Positions 35,360 to 49,489 of a stretch of DNA of 64,000 bases are shown here, in pieces. Each line of letters begins with the position of its first letter. Positions within the stretch are counted from its first letter, which is position 1. The notes beneath the pieces were generated by a model. That model was given only the letters and a program-made list of their open reading frames with translations, had not been told where the DNA came from and did not search any database. A program made the translations under genes and the position numbers. The stretch is from Azolla caroliniana (taxonomy: Eukaryota > Plantae > Polypodiophyta): assembly GCA_043228905.1 (NCBI GenBank), contig JBHGNT010000003.1, forward strand, positions 18,042,001 through 18,106,000, written 5' to 3'.

Positions 35360-38300
35360 AAAAGCTTACTGGTGATCCTCTAGTTGTGGTCCCTTTTTGC
35401 CTACAGGAGAGGAAATCATATCTCCTGTGATTTCTGGGTTTGGGAGTTTTGTATGTATTTCAGAAGTCGAGGCAGGGCGAGACATGGAACTTGATGGCAC
35501 ATGTGGCACTGAAGATGTGTTCATATTTCCTTCTTTCTGCCTCCTCTTCCTTGTATACACCTTTAACTCCCCCTCAACTTGAGTCCCAACACATATAGGC
35601 TCCTCGTCTTCGTTTCCTTCTTCTTCTGTACCTCCTACGCTCATTTGTTTCTCAGCTGGTGTAGGGATCAGCAAAGGAATTTATCCTATTTTTAGCAACC
35701 TCTCACCATTATCTCCTTCCCTCATATTTTCAGTCTCAATTAAGTCATCAAAGGGTGAAGTTACCCCTTGTATATAATATGGCTCTGACACTATGAAATG
35801 CACATCCATGCTCACAAATAATCTCTTCTCTACTGGATTCCAGCAAACATAGCTTTTTTGTGTGGCAGAGTATCCCACAAATACACATTTTACAGCTTTA
35901 GGATCAAGTTTTCCTATAGATGGTCTACTGTCCTTTACAAAACACACACATCCAAACACCTTCAAAGGAAGGATTCCAGAGTTATTTCCTTGCAACAACT
36001 CACATGGAGACCTTCACTCCAATACTCTAGAGAGCATTCTATTGATCAATGTGGCCGCCGTCAAAATTGTATGTCCCCACAACTGCTTTGGGACATTCAT
36101 AGAAATCATCATGCTTCTCATTACCTCTAGAAGATGTCTATTCTTCCTCTCTACTACTCCATTTTGTTCTGGTGTATATGGGCATGTAATTTGATGTTGT
36201 ATTCCTTGATCTGAGAGTTATGCCCTAAATGTCATGTTAGCATACTCTTCCATTATCAAACCTCAACACTTTTACTATTGCACCATATTGAGTTTGAACT
36301 ATTCTATGAAAACCTTTAAAACAAGAAAATACTTCATTGTTTTTCCTCATCAAATATAACCAAGTCACACGAGAGAAGCAATCAATGAAAGAGACAAAAT
36401 ATCGATATCCATTTATAGAACTTGTGGAACATGGTTCCCAAACATCGGAGTGTATTACATCAAATGCATGGGAACTCCTATGACATGAACTAGCATATGA
36501 GCTTTTAGTAAGCTTACCAAATTCACATGCATCACAAACAAGTTTTGTTTTATCAACCTTTTCAAAAAGGTGTGGATACACCCGACTCAAAACGCCATAA
36601 GAGGTATGTCCCATACGTTGGTGGTAAAGTATCAACAACTCCTCATAACTCATTTTAGATCCCCTTACATATGTTCCCTCTACCATAGATGTTAATGTTG
36701 AATCCAGCCCTTCATGATCCAAATACCATAGTCCACTATGCCATGTGTCAATCCCAAGTCTCCAACTTGTTCCTTTCTCCTAGAATATCACCTTGGGAAT
36801 ATCAAAAGAAACAACACATTTTAGTTGGTGTATGATAGAACTTATGGATAATAAGTTTATTGGGAAAGAAGGAGCATGCAACACATTACAAAATGTCACA
36901 GAGTCGGTACATTTTACTGTACCTATACCCACTACAAGTTGTATTGTACCATCAGCAATTTGAATGTTTTCTAGCATTGCTAAGTGAGTATACGAGGAGA
37001 ATTCACTAGCATTACCCATCACATGCCTAGATGCACCATAATCAATTATCCATTCTGGTGTAGAGGCAAGAGTATTTGTGTTGCTAGTACTTGTGGCCGA
37101 ATAAGCATAGGTGGCAATGTTACCTCTTGACATGAATGAAGTATCATCAGCGGCTCTTTGTCGCCACATGCCTAGATGCACCAGAATAAATTATCCATAC
37201 TGGTGTAGAGGCAAGAGTATTTGTGTTGCTAGTACTTGTGGCCGAATAAGCATAGGTGGCAATGTTACCTCTTGACATGAATGAAGTATCATCAGCGGCT
37301 CTTTGCTTCCTCCTATGTATTTCTAAGAGAGCTTGATCCTCTTCAGTGAACACTACCTTAGTTCCTTCCTCTTCTTTTGCTACCATCAAGTTTGCTTGGT
37401 GACCTCCTCTTGCACCTGTTCGGCCCCCTCAACCACGACCTCTAGTTTGTCCACGTCCTCCATATTCTCTCTCCTTAGATGGTTTAGGGCAAGCATTCTT
37501 TAAATGACTAGCTTCACCACAATTGTAGCATTTTCGATTTTCACTTTCTCTTGAATTTGACACCATTAGTGTCGATCGTACCCCTAGAAGTCTGGTAGTG
37601 TTTGAGAGCAGCATCATTCTACTCTCCTCTTGTATCATAGTTGCAATTGCCTCATCAAGTGTGGGAATTTCAGCCTTGGCTAGAAGAATTGCCCTTCTTT
37701 GATCAAACAACGGGTTGAGATGTTTCAAAAATCGGATGGTTCTTCTTTGAGCAGAAAGTTCCTTCCTCTTACATTGAGGATCATTGCACACTGTCACAAG
37801 CGAGAAATGATCGTATTCTGCCCATAGACGCTCCAGCTCTATGGCATATTCCTGAATCATCCTATATCCCTACCAAACAACATCTATCTCCTGCTCGATT
37901 TGAAATACTCTCATGTTGTTTCCCCTCCCAACATACGTCTTTTGCAATTTCTCCCATATCTCCTTCACACTTAAAATTCCATTAACTGTTATGGCGATTG
38001 ATGGAATCATGGAGTTGAGAAGCCACGTGGGTAGCTCTCCATGCTTTCCATTCATTGCTCGTTATGATAGGAGGTTCTTTCTCTTCTCCTGTTAGGTAGC
38101 CTTCAAGGCTTCTCCCTACCGAGGCACCTATAATCCGACACGACCAGCTCAAGTATGTGGTTGGTTCATCGAGTTTGAACTGAACTAGGAGGAGTTCAAG
38201 TCGGGGTGGTGGTTGTGTTCCTGTCACACCTCTAGATGCTACAATCTCAGCCTACTTCATGTATTTCACCAATGTTTTCTTCTCATCCTCGTTCAATTTT

Positions 38301-38747
38301 GAGAACACCTCATCCATCTTCTCAACTTGGCCTATCTCTACTCTCCTCTTCTAACTTCTTTTCTCAAGTCACCTCTCAATCACATAGCAATGTCATCCCA
38401 AATGGAAAAAAAAAACCCTTTCGTCTCTTGGATGCTAGGACAGTGATGTTCCAATCCTTGCCATACCAACTGAAGGGTGGATCTAGGGTTTTGCAGAGGG
38501 CTTATCTAGGGTTTTACAGAGAGGCGAATCTATGCTTTGATACCACAAAGAAAAATGAGAAGGCACATCTGTTCAATAATATACATTAGTATGTCACAAC
38601 ATGAGGGAGAAAATACAGAGATTGCTCATATTTACATGAGGAGAAAGTTCCTCTAAATAAAGGCCAAGATCTGGCCGTTGGGTGAACTAGTTGTTGGAAC
38701 TAACTAGTCGTTGGGCTAGCCATTATAACTTTTAAACATTCTCAACA
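35360..38747 (-). mobile_element. Truncated Copia (5' LTR, PBS, gag, protease, integrase)
   Basis: PBS-like TGGTATCAAAGC at 38534-38545 (minus); LTR ~38546-38747. Zinc knuckle CYNCGEASHLKNAC, WIIDYGAS, HSDVW...FIDCFSR. Internal ~145-bp tandem duplication at 37020-37305. Confidence 0.85.
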
Positions 38748-40229
38748 ACAAGTCTTAAGATCACAATTGATATGTGGAGGGGCAAGGGCTGACATTATTG
38801 TTCCCATTTTGGCTAAGAATACCGAGCCAACAACAATGCTCCCATTTCCACCAAAACAAGTAAAAGAAATTGTGCTTGCCTCAACCAACCATCAAGATAA
38901 TGAAGTATTGAAATCTTCAGTCCCCATCAATGCCAAAGAAAGTTGTCATAGAAGAAGTCCTACCAGCCATTGCTTAACTTTTATCTTTCATTGTGTAGCT
39001 ACCACCCCTCTCCCCTCTTCGTTGCCACTTCTTCCATCTAGAGCCACATTTTGTTTCTAGAAATTGTTGTTCCACAGCTCTCCCATTACATATGACCATT
39101 ATCCAACAATTGGCCCATGTTATCAAAGCATCCTTTTTTGCCTTGTGCACCCCAACTTAACACACTAGCTCAAACCAAAACCTCTAGTTAAGTACACTTG
39201 CAATCAATTTGGTTTGTTCATTTTTTTAATGTGGAGCAAATTATTTAACAAAGCATAAAGCATCATGACACTGAAGCACAATGTTAAAGCATTGCATTTC
39301 TGCATTATATATTGGGATTTAGATATCAACCAATTTGATTTTCTAATTCATCATTTTTTTATATTTATGAACTTCCTTTCTTATGGGCTCAATTGATTAC
39401 ACAATTGCACGAATCTTTGAAACATTGAACATTCTCAATGGTTCATCAAAGTTTGAAACAAAGGTCTATAGTTTCATGCATAGGTATGCAACTTCAATTA
39501 GCATATCGCAAAACAATAGCAAACATGGAATCAACAAATATAAGAAGTTGCCCCTCGCACTTGCCTTACATAGACTCATTTACCTAATACACATTAGGGT
39601 ATGATTGCAATAAATATATGATGTTGCCACTCTAGGCTTGCCTTCAATAGACACAATTACTTACACACATGAGAGGCTTATTGCTACAGATGAATACTAA
39701 TTATTGGGACATACAAGCAAATGAATACCCAAGATCATGCTGTGTTCTACTATCCAAACTCTTTAAGGAAGATATTGGGTTACCTGATATATTGGATAAT
39801 ACCTTTCAATCTATGTTAGGTACTTTCTTGGTGTAATTATTTACACATATATACTTATTATAAACTGGCCTCTTCCTTACATGAGCAAGCATATATGAAC
39901 GCATGTACATACGTATGCAAATATAATCATGACGTCTTCCTTATGATCTCAAAGGATTCATTTTAGTGGGATTATGTTTTTTTCAGAGACCTTTATAAAT
40001 AATATTACGCAATATGTAATAGGATACTAGATACACTTGAGAAATCCTTCGCAAACGTTCTCATGAATAATGTTAATAAAAATTTGTACTCTCTATAAGA
40101 ATTTCCAAAAAGAATGTTACAAGTAGATTTTATACCCATCGATATTTTCACCACAATCAGTTGTCCATATCTCTCACCAATGTTGTAGGGTACATAATCT
40201 TTACCGAATCAGGCAAACTAGTATGCTCA

Positions 40230-43200
40230 TCCTGTCAAATAATAATGATGATAAAAGCAGGAACCTCTTTCATCATGTATTTCTTCTCACTTTTTGAATT
40301 ATAAAGTAAAACAAAAAATCAACTTACAAGATTCCAATAATGCTTCAATTTCATTTAACTCCCGTGGTACCGCACCCGTTAGAACCTGGACAATTAAAAA
40401 TATAACTCAGGAATTCTTCAAAATCTTTTATAGCATCTTAGAAATAGTTAAATCCAAACCTCATGACCCGAATCTGTTATTAGAACTTCATCTTGAATTC
40501 TTATTCCTATCCCTTGATACCTATATGAAATAGGTAATACATTGCAAATAGAAGTTCACAACAATCAATACTTGATAATGCCAAGGTATTTGATCCAAAT
40601 GAGTTTTCTCAAGAATGTTTTACAACAGAAGTAAATTATTAAGATAAAAATCAAAAGAACTTTAAGTTTTGCATTTACCATTGTGGGAAATAATCTGATA
40701 GTGGTATGTATAAACCTGGTTCAATCGTACACACCTGTCCCAAAACTTTAGAATATAAAGACGACTCCAAGGAAATGCCAACTAAATTCTAATGCAATCA
40801 ATATCATTTATAAGCTAGCCTCCATTTAATGAAAATTAAAAGGAAACCAAATTTCTTATACAACTCCAGCCATGGACAATCGGAATTACACTTAAAACAC
40901 ATCCAATATCGATCTTCACTACTCAGAATGTAACTTAGGGAAAAGGAAACTGTGGAGTTGTGCTGAATTCATCCAAACCTTTTCATTTTGCTTCATTTTT
41001 TAAAAGATCAAGATGGACAAAGATACTTAATCACTTTATGATATAAACACTTAATCCACAACTACTCATCAGATTAAGGAGATGCAAAACAACGATGTAA
41101 TTGAATACAAAGCTTATATTAATCCCAGATAACAAAAGAGTAATATCTCTGATGACCCCTGATTTCTACTTAGCAATGGGCACTGTTTCGTTCGGTTTCA
41201 AGGCAAAGAAACCAAACCAAACTGTTTAGGGAAAAGTTGAAACCAAACCGAACCATTTAATAAAAAATTTAAACCTAACCATTTAAATCAAACTAATTAA
41301 ACATCTAAATAAACAAAAATATATTAAATTAAATAAGCATTTAAGTTAAATTTATTAAATCAATAAACGAAACTTTAACTGAACCATTAAATTAAATAAA
41401 TATTGAAGTTAAATTAATTAAATCAGTAAAAAAACATTAATTCAACGATTAAATTAACCAAAAAGTTAACCAAAAACTATTAACCCATAAACCCGAGTTT
41501 TAGAACCAAAACCGAACCATTTATTGAAAATCCAAACAAAACCAAACCATTAAATTTTATTGGAACCAATAAACCGTTAAACCCTGGCTTAACGGTTCGG
41601 TTCGGTTTGAGCCGAAACCGTGCCCATTGCTACTTCTACCCTCTGATTTTCTCCATTTTTTACGTGTGATTTGCCATTTGCTTTTATACAGGTAGGTGAT
41701 GGGGGTGACATGGTGCCTAAATCACCCAATGGCTGGCTGTACTTTATTGAAGTTTATTTGGATCATAACTTCTTATATCATACTATATTCAGACTTTATG
41801 AGGTTGATAACAACCGTCGTGTCCTTGTCTCTATGCATGCATGCATTTATGTGTAAGTAGCAATAACAGTCAAAACAAGAATGTATCACAACCAATTCGA
41901 GGAAATTCATTAAGATTAAGATCATCAGGAAAGATTACATGCTTGTTAAGGAAGTCAACCTCATTGAAATCAGTTAAGGAAGAAGGATAGCCAAGATCCA
42001 ATGGGCACCCATTGACAGTTAGACGTACGGGGGAGATAGGGTCACAGGAGGTATAGACATTTAATGAATATACATTACTCAATTCTTTTATGTCCACAAA
42101 ATTAACTCATAGAATGTCAGCATTATAGGTCACCAAGCGCATTGATGGAGAGGAAAATGGTGGAGAAAACCCCTTGAGGGGTAGCAACTCAAGGAATTTC
42201 CTTACAATTGAAGATCACCAGAAAAGATGGCATGCTTACTAACAGAAGAGGTTCAAACTTCAGTTTTCTCAGATTTATAACTCTGATTCTGCTGTGTAAA
42301 CCACCAAGCTAACATAGGAGGGGAAGAGTATAATGCAGTGGCATGCTTTGCACATTTCTGTTCTAAGAGAACAGAACAGAGGCTGTGTAACATAGGGTAT
42401 TCCACTCTAAGAATCCTCAAATGGCAGCCCAACCTTGTCCGATCCAGAATAATGTTTTTTCTACTAAGGCCTTTGTTGTAAACCACCAAGCTACCATAGG
42501 AGGAGCGGACAACAGAGGCATGCTTTGTGCATTGTCGTTTGTAAGAGAGATAAAGAGACTGTGTAGCAGAGGGTTTGCACTCTAGGAAGCCTCAAATGGC
42601 AGCCCAACCCAACCTTACCTGATCCAGAATAACGTTCTTTTCTAGAAAGGCCTTTACTCTTACTGTGTAGATGGTGGTTTCATTTGCACAAATAAAAAAT
42701 CAAGCTTAGGGTGAACAAAGAAGTCAGCCTAATGAAATGGCATGTAGCAATGTTGTTATTGGTCTACAAAGAGCTGCTGCCTAGCATTACAAAAGCTGTT
42801 CAGACATCAATCACACTAATTTGTTATGCTGAATAACAAACTATTCTTACACGATTATGATGTTTATTTCTCTTGACTGTATAACATAAAATGATAAGGT
42901 TTAAAGTACACAAAAAGAACAAGATATGAGATAATAGACAAATGAGAGGTAGGTCACTGAAAAACTCAGCCTAATGAAATGACATGCAGCAACATTATTT
43001 CTGTTCTGGGAAGGTGTCTTGCCAAACATTATGAAATGCATTTAGACAATCACATCAATCCCTTCCACTGAATATATAACTATTCTTAGACAATTATAAT
43101 GCCTATTACTCTTGAAGGCTAAAGATTTACAGTACATAAACGACCAGAATATGAAATAATAGACAAATGACATGTAGGTTACCACTCCTGGTACAAGTTT

Positions 43201-46200
43201 CCGATCCTCATGTATGGTCTTGCAGTCAAGGGAATCCAAACCAAGATATCGGCCTAAAAAAAATTAAAGGCTAAACATTCAACCTCTGAACTAACTAGAA
43301 AGAATAAACACGCAGCCCTCAACCCCAAATAAGTATTTACCAAATTTCAAACGCATGAAAAAAACAATTTGCATACCTATGGCAGTCGGATTCACTTTGA
43401 GGTAATCTTCTCGTTTTTTTACTACATTGAAGCCCCTCATTGCTCTTGATAGCCTATCTGTCTGTAAGAAGGTTAGTCGAAAATTATAAAAGTAGAATTG
43501 AAAATTTTACTTGAGCAATGTTTAATATCGTTTTTCAAGCTCAGAATTTTGAAAAAGCATACTGAAACTTTATGGACTTCGCCAAGGGTAACACCAGGCT
43601 TGTAAAGGCGTAAACTGTCCTTATATGCTGTCAACACAGCTTGATATAGGTCTTTCTGAAAGAAAACAAATACAAATTAGAGCCAGGGTTTCCAATCATT
43701 ATTGAGAGACTACAAATACAAACCTCCATAAGAACCAAGAGTTGATTTCCTAAGTATGAATAGTGCACACACTAGAAAACAGACAAGAGTTTCACTTCCT
43801 AGGCATGAATATATGGAGATAGAATAAAACGAAACAACAGCTTGAACTAATACCAAGTGTTGCCCCTATGTTTCAAGGTACTCTAGGGCCACCCCCAAGT
43901 GGAAATGTAACTTGAATTAAAACGTAAAAGACATAAGACATTTGAGTGAAACTGTAACAGATATTTGAAGTAATATATATATATATATATATTAGATGTC
44001 AGAGTCAAAGAGGGAAGCTAGTCCCATTTATATATCTCAACTCCTTAGGCTCCTGGACTGCCACGTGTCCCAGGTCCGTATGTTTTAGATGTTTGAAGTA
44101 AAATATATATATATATATATATATATATTTAGATGTTAGAGTCAAAGAGGGAAGCTAGTCCCATTTATATATCTCAACTCCTTAGGCTCCTGGACTGCCA
44201 CGTGTCCAAGGTTCGTATGTTTTGTCCCAAGTCCTAGGATAACCAGTTTTCCACTTGTCCTAACCTTAAAACCAATAAAAATAGACTTTAGAGTTGATTC
44301 CTAATGCTATGCCTATGACAAATTAAGACCAATAAGGCATTGCTATAACACTAAGATTTCCAGGATGACGGTACAATCCCTCCTCACCGAACAACGCGCC
44401 GGAAGGATGATGTGAATGGAACAATATATTAGAAGTAAATTGGGCAAGGTAAAGCTTTGACAACAGCCAGCCTAAGCTGAACCTAAATCCCCTTATGCAC
44501 ATAGCTTAAATTTAACTAAAATATGCATAATCCTTTCAACCAGGCGAATTCAACTAGATTATTTCTAATGAATGATATCTCTGAATATTCTGATCAAACT
44601 TCATAAATTATATACGCTAGCTAGGTTCCTCAATATCAAATGTCATTCAATGCTTAACTGAGGTTTTATATTAGAAATAGGGGTAAGTGCTTATGCTTTT
44701 TGGCATCCAGTGTAAATTTAGTGATGTGCAGACATAAAAGACATGCGTACAAAGATTAACCACATATTTTACAGATTAGATTATATATCATATATTGTTT
44801 CCGTGTAAGTATTGTTGATCAAAATGTTCTAGCGTGCAACTTGCTGCATGATAGAACGATAGCTGGGGCTAGTAAAATATTACCTGTGCATTAGAGAGTT
44901 TGCCAGAAGGGGACCAAGTACGTGTAACTTCACTAACATAGCCATAGTATTCACATCCAGCATCCATAAGCACCATCTCTCCTTCTCGTATCTAGTATTT
45001 GACAGATATGAGAAATTATAAGCATCCACAACCAGCAATCTAATCTTTTCATTATGGTTGGCCGAAACAAAAAGAAGCTCTGATTACCTTTTGATCATTT
45101 CGAAAATAATAGATCACTGTTGTATTAGGCCCCCCTGCCACAACTGGAGGAAACCTGTCACAGTAATAAATGCATTCTGATAGTCTGTATTTCCAAGTGG
45201 TCTAATGTTCGGGCTTAGTTATTTTCTAATTTCCTATCATCATGGCCTTGGAACATATCAAAGTAGTTTGATGACACCATCTCTATAGAAAGATTTTGAT
45301 GACATAATCCCAATGAATCTGGAAATCTACTCAGAAAAAGTTCAAAACACTAACGCCATGCGTTGAGCTCCTCTGAATTTGCATTCAAACTCCATTGTAG
45401 CTGCCAAAAGATGCTCATGCGGCTTGTGGCGGGATGCTTTGATTGTTTGTATGAATGCCTGCCGAATGCAATTGAAAATAACAAGTTGCTATGATTACGA
45501 GACACACACAGCATTCAAATCAAAAGAAACATGTCAACAAGATTGGAAGATGCAAAATGAGAAAGAAAAATTTTAGAAAAGAAATTGAAAAATAACATTT
45601 TAAATTAAAACTTGAAAATGGGGTGAGATTCCACCTGAGAAGCAATAGATGCAGACTTTTTCATGAGGTTTATTTCTGCAGGTGATTTTATCCATCGAGG
45701 CTCAAAAGCATATCTTTGTATACTGCGAACCTTTTTCTCGTCGTCTGCCTCTTTGAACGCTCCTAGCTTCTTCAACACACAATCCGGAGGGAGTTCATCA
45801 TCAACATAAACTCCTTTGGCTTGTTTGATTAGACGAGGTAGAATCTGCAAGTCCCGACTATGACAATGAATATTACAAATTCATACTGAATTTGGCCCAC
45901 ACTGTCTCAAATCATCTCATTAATCAGGGACTAACAATTATAGATACCCTTTGGGTTTATTTTCAAAAATCTTTGGACTTCCTGCAACATGTGAACCAGT
46001 TCATCATTACTGGGGTCCAGAAATTCTGCTGGAACCAGTTCTTTAGATAAAATTTTGATCAAATGTACTAAAAGAATTGAGATATAAGGCTACTCATTTC
46101 CATTGTCACAGGCAATCCAAACACAAAATCAGACATCAGGCATGCCACTCATTTTTTTCATTTAAAAAGTCTAAAACAAATGCACAAATTACACTTAATG

Positions 46201-48408
46201 TTTCTTTCTATGCAAACACAAAAATCGGACATCAGACATACCACCCATTTTTTTAATTTAAGAAGTCTAAAACAAATGCACAAATTAAACTTAATGTTCC
46301 TTTCTGTGCAATTCTTGATCAGGAGAGCTATAGAAATGCAAGTGATCCTCATTCATCTGAACTAATATGCAAAGGCCCTTAAATGAGCTAAAAATATCTG
46401 TTATGATGAAACTACGCGGAATGTGATGAGCATATTCCAAGATCTTCAAATATCCATTTACCTTCGGTAGATCTTTCATATTGTAGGCACGATCAGCTTT
46501 CAAATTATTAATGGCTTCTGGAACTTGAGCCACCCGTCCTTCCCATAAAGCACTCTAGAAGGAAACCGTGGTAAAAATGAGCTTCAAAGAAACTTGATTG
46601 CACATATCATTTTGGAAGTTTACACCAACTTCTCACGAAAAGATATTAGCTAGATAAATACCTCTGGATTAGGATCTGGCATGAACATGCATAATTCACC
46701 TAAATTGTAAATGACTGCCACACCACCCGGGTCTCGGCAACCTGTATAGTATAAATAATCAGAACTTTGGCGGAATGGGTAGGGCACAATGTCTGTCATG
46801 TACTTGACAGTCTCGGAGAGCAGTATGACTAGGCTTCCATTTGGGAGCAACGACATCAGTTTCTTTCTTCTTGATTCTACTTCAGCAGTCGTGACACCAG
46901 GCATAACTTCTCCTGGTTGTAGAAGCTGCAAATAAACAACTATTGTCATATGGCATAGCTCGGTGAAGCAATATAGGGGTTAACATATGGCTGATGTGCA
47001 CAGCTTGTGAAATATAACCTTCATAAATGTGTTGCCTACTCTACAACAAAGACTTCATAACATCAATTGACACTACATCTATGAATTTGAAGGCCCATAA
47101 TCATATATCAGGCAGAAATTTCCTTCAAAATCTCCAATGTAAAACATAAAGATTCAAGATTTGTGATATCATTCATCACAACTATAGCTGTATCTCTGAA
47201 TTGGAAATTCCATATCAAACACGAACAAACACAGCAATGAAGTGGAAGGCATGTTCTCCCATATCACGCATCAAGAATAACCTCATTCAAATATCCAACG
47301 TAAGGAAAAATAATACAAAAACTCTGATATTCAATATACTAATCTTATCAATTCATGTTCCAATAATGAGTTCACAGGCCCGCACTCCATATTCAATGTA
47401 AACAAGAGGATCATTCAAATCCTCCAACAGAAGCCAGAAATATTCAAGAATTGTGAAATTCAACAAACGAACTAATAAAAGAAATTTTGGGGTCCACAAT
47501 GATGCATTTAGCACTTTATCAGCCCATTGATAGCATGTGCAATATAAAGTTTTGGAGATATGGACTAGAAAAACAATGCAATTGGAATACCTGGAAGGGG
47601 TTGGCATTATTTGTCGTCTCTTTTTCTTCAAACGCAGAAGCTGTCGCATCTGTAGATAAAGCTCGCAACATCATGTTCTTTTGTGCACACCTTCTCGAAG
47701 CATGGCTTGAATTATCTATCTTGCATTCATGAGAATAACCTAAATGGACATGAAAATAGAAGCTAAATATCAACATTTCCACATCTAAGTACAATCCAAT
47801 CAAAAGAAATTATGATGGGGAATCCCTAAAAATGTATATGAAATTAAAGCTTGAAAACAACATTTATACAGCAGGGACAATCCAATATAGATAATGATCA
47901 TGAAACCGAACTACATGGACATGAGAAAGATGCTAAAGATGAGTATTCCCTCATTGAGGCACAATCCAATACAAAGGCGTGATAGCGGAAAGGATTTAAT
48001 GGAGGACATGAAATAGCAATGAGAAATCATACATTTTCATAGCAGCCACAATCCAATATAAAGGAATGACGACGACAGACACCTAATGCAGACTATGTCA
48101 AAGTGGAAAAGACCTAAATAGACATGAAATAGATGCTAGAATTCAACATTTCGATAGCACACACAAAACAATCGGACATGATAATACTAATAATAACAAT
48201 AAGGAAGTCATGAACATGAAGAAACAGAGAGGGAAGTACAAAATCCTTTTGTTTTCGGCAGGGATTGCCCGATTAAACCTGAAAGAAGAGCGGAAGCTAT
48301 TTCCTGCTGTGGAGCAGGCGACGAGAATGAGGTTGTTGGTGGGCATTTGGTGAGGGAGGAGATGGTGGCGCGTCTGTTGATTCTGATGCATCTCATGGAT
48401 TTCCACAT
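40230..48408 (-). CDS. ICP55: ICP55-like Xaa-Pro aminopeptidase (peptidase M24B) homolog, probably mitochondrial; catalytic residues substituted
   Basis: Predicted exons (minus): 48279-48408, 47591-47739, 46662-46925, 46462-46554, 45635-45844, 45355-45458, 45088-45154, 44884-44991, 43563-43655, 43377-43461, 43183-43253, 40679-40734, 40460-40520, 40328-40385, with a stop split over the last intron (alternative: read-through). All introns GT-AG. Motifs PYPFRQSSDYLYYTG, RWIKSPAEI, LMDAGCE, TIEPGLY, GIGIRIQDEVLIT. The N-terminus is Arg/Ser-rich like a presequence. Confidence 0.85.
41171..41632. mobile_element. hAT-like MITE in an ICP55 intron
   Basis: TIR TAGCAATGGGCAC / GTGCCCATTGCTA, subterminal AACCG/CGGTT motifs and an AT-rich core. 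Imperfect 8-bp flanks TTTCTACT / CTTCTACC. Confidence 0.7.
43955..44222. repeat. Intronic ~130-bp tandem duplication containing (TA)n
   Basis: The block TTTGAAGTAA(TA)n TTAGATG...CGTATGTTTT occurs twice. Confidence 0.85.
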
Positions 48409-49489
48409 TCTGGAAGAGAAACAGGAAGAGGCGGAAGATTGGGGAGGAGGGTTTCTTGAGGGTTTAACAGGCCACGCCTGGCCCCACCTTCTCTCCAACT
48501 CTCTTCATCTTGGGGACCTTGACTCTTGGCCCTTAGCCTTGGTCTTGGCCATGGTCATGGTCATGGTCATGGTCTCGGTCTCGGTCTTGGTCTTGGTCTT
48601 GGCCTCTCCTTTCCGAAAATGTTTCCCTACCAAAACCATAGTTTACATAACATAACATAAACACATCATTTGCATGCATGTATGTATGTATGTATAGAGA
48701 GAGCCCCGCCTAGACCACATAAGGGACATTGGTGATGCGTAACAATTAGAACTGAACCACAAAACCGTGGCTTAACGGTTTCAACGGTTCAGGTTTAGGT
48801 TCAAGTTTTTGTAAACGGTTCGGTTTGGTTTTGGGGTTTTATCAATCTATATTTGTTAGGTATGCAAAATCAATATAGTTTGCATCGCTCTTCCAGACTT
48901 CTCCGGTGACGAGGTGCTGCAAGCAAACGGATCATCATTCGTGATTCCTACCCTGACTCATATGGTTCGTCGACATCACGAGCGAATTGTGATAATACAT
49001 ATAGTGTGGCTTTCCGTGAGATTGTTTGGGAAGATGATCAGTTAGTTCGTCTGACAGAGATCACTTTTTCTCTAGTTGAACATTGCCCATCTCCTGTAGA
49101 CTGGTCTGGTACCCGGTATATACATTGCCCATGTATAAAAGTACAACATACATACGACATGTGTACAAAACCTCGTACAATACATACATACCACATGGAG
49201 AGGCATCCATCCATACACCTAAATTTATACATTGTCTATAAACAATACATACATTTACACATTATCTATCTATACACTATACATATATGTATACATTTAT
49301 ACATACATACATGTACATATACATATATACAAATTTATACATACATACATATGTATGTACATACAAAAATCTGAACTTTGTAGAAGAGAACATGCGTATA
49401 TACCAAGTATCTAGACGCTTCAGAGGGAGTCCTGCGCAAGCACCGACGAGTATACGAGGGGGAAGACGAGGTAGAGGAAGAATTAGGTC

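Noticed and set aside
42298-43170. Intronic duplicated blocks as extra exons
   Set aside because: These are local degenerate duplications (42298/42478 and 42724/42965); the ICP55-like frame is complete without them.
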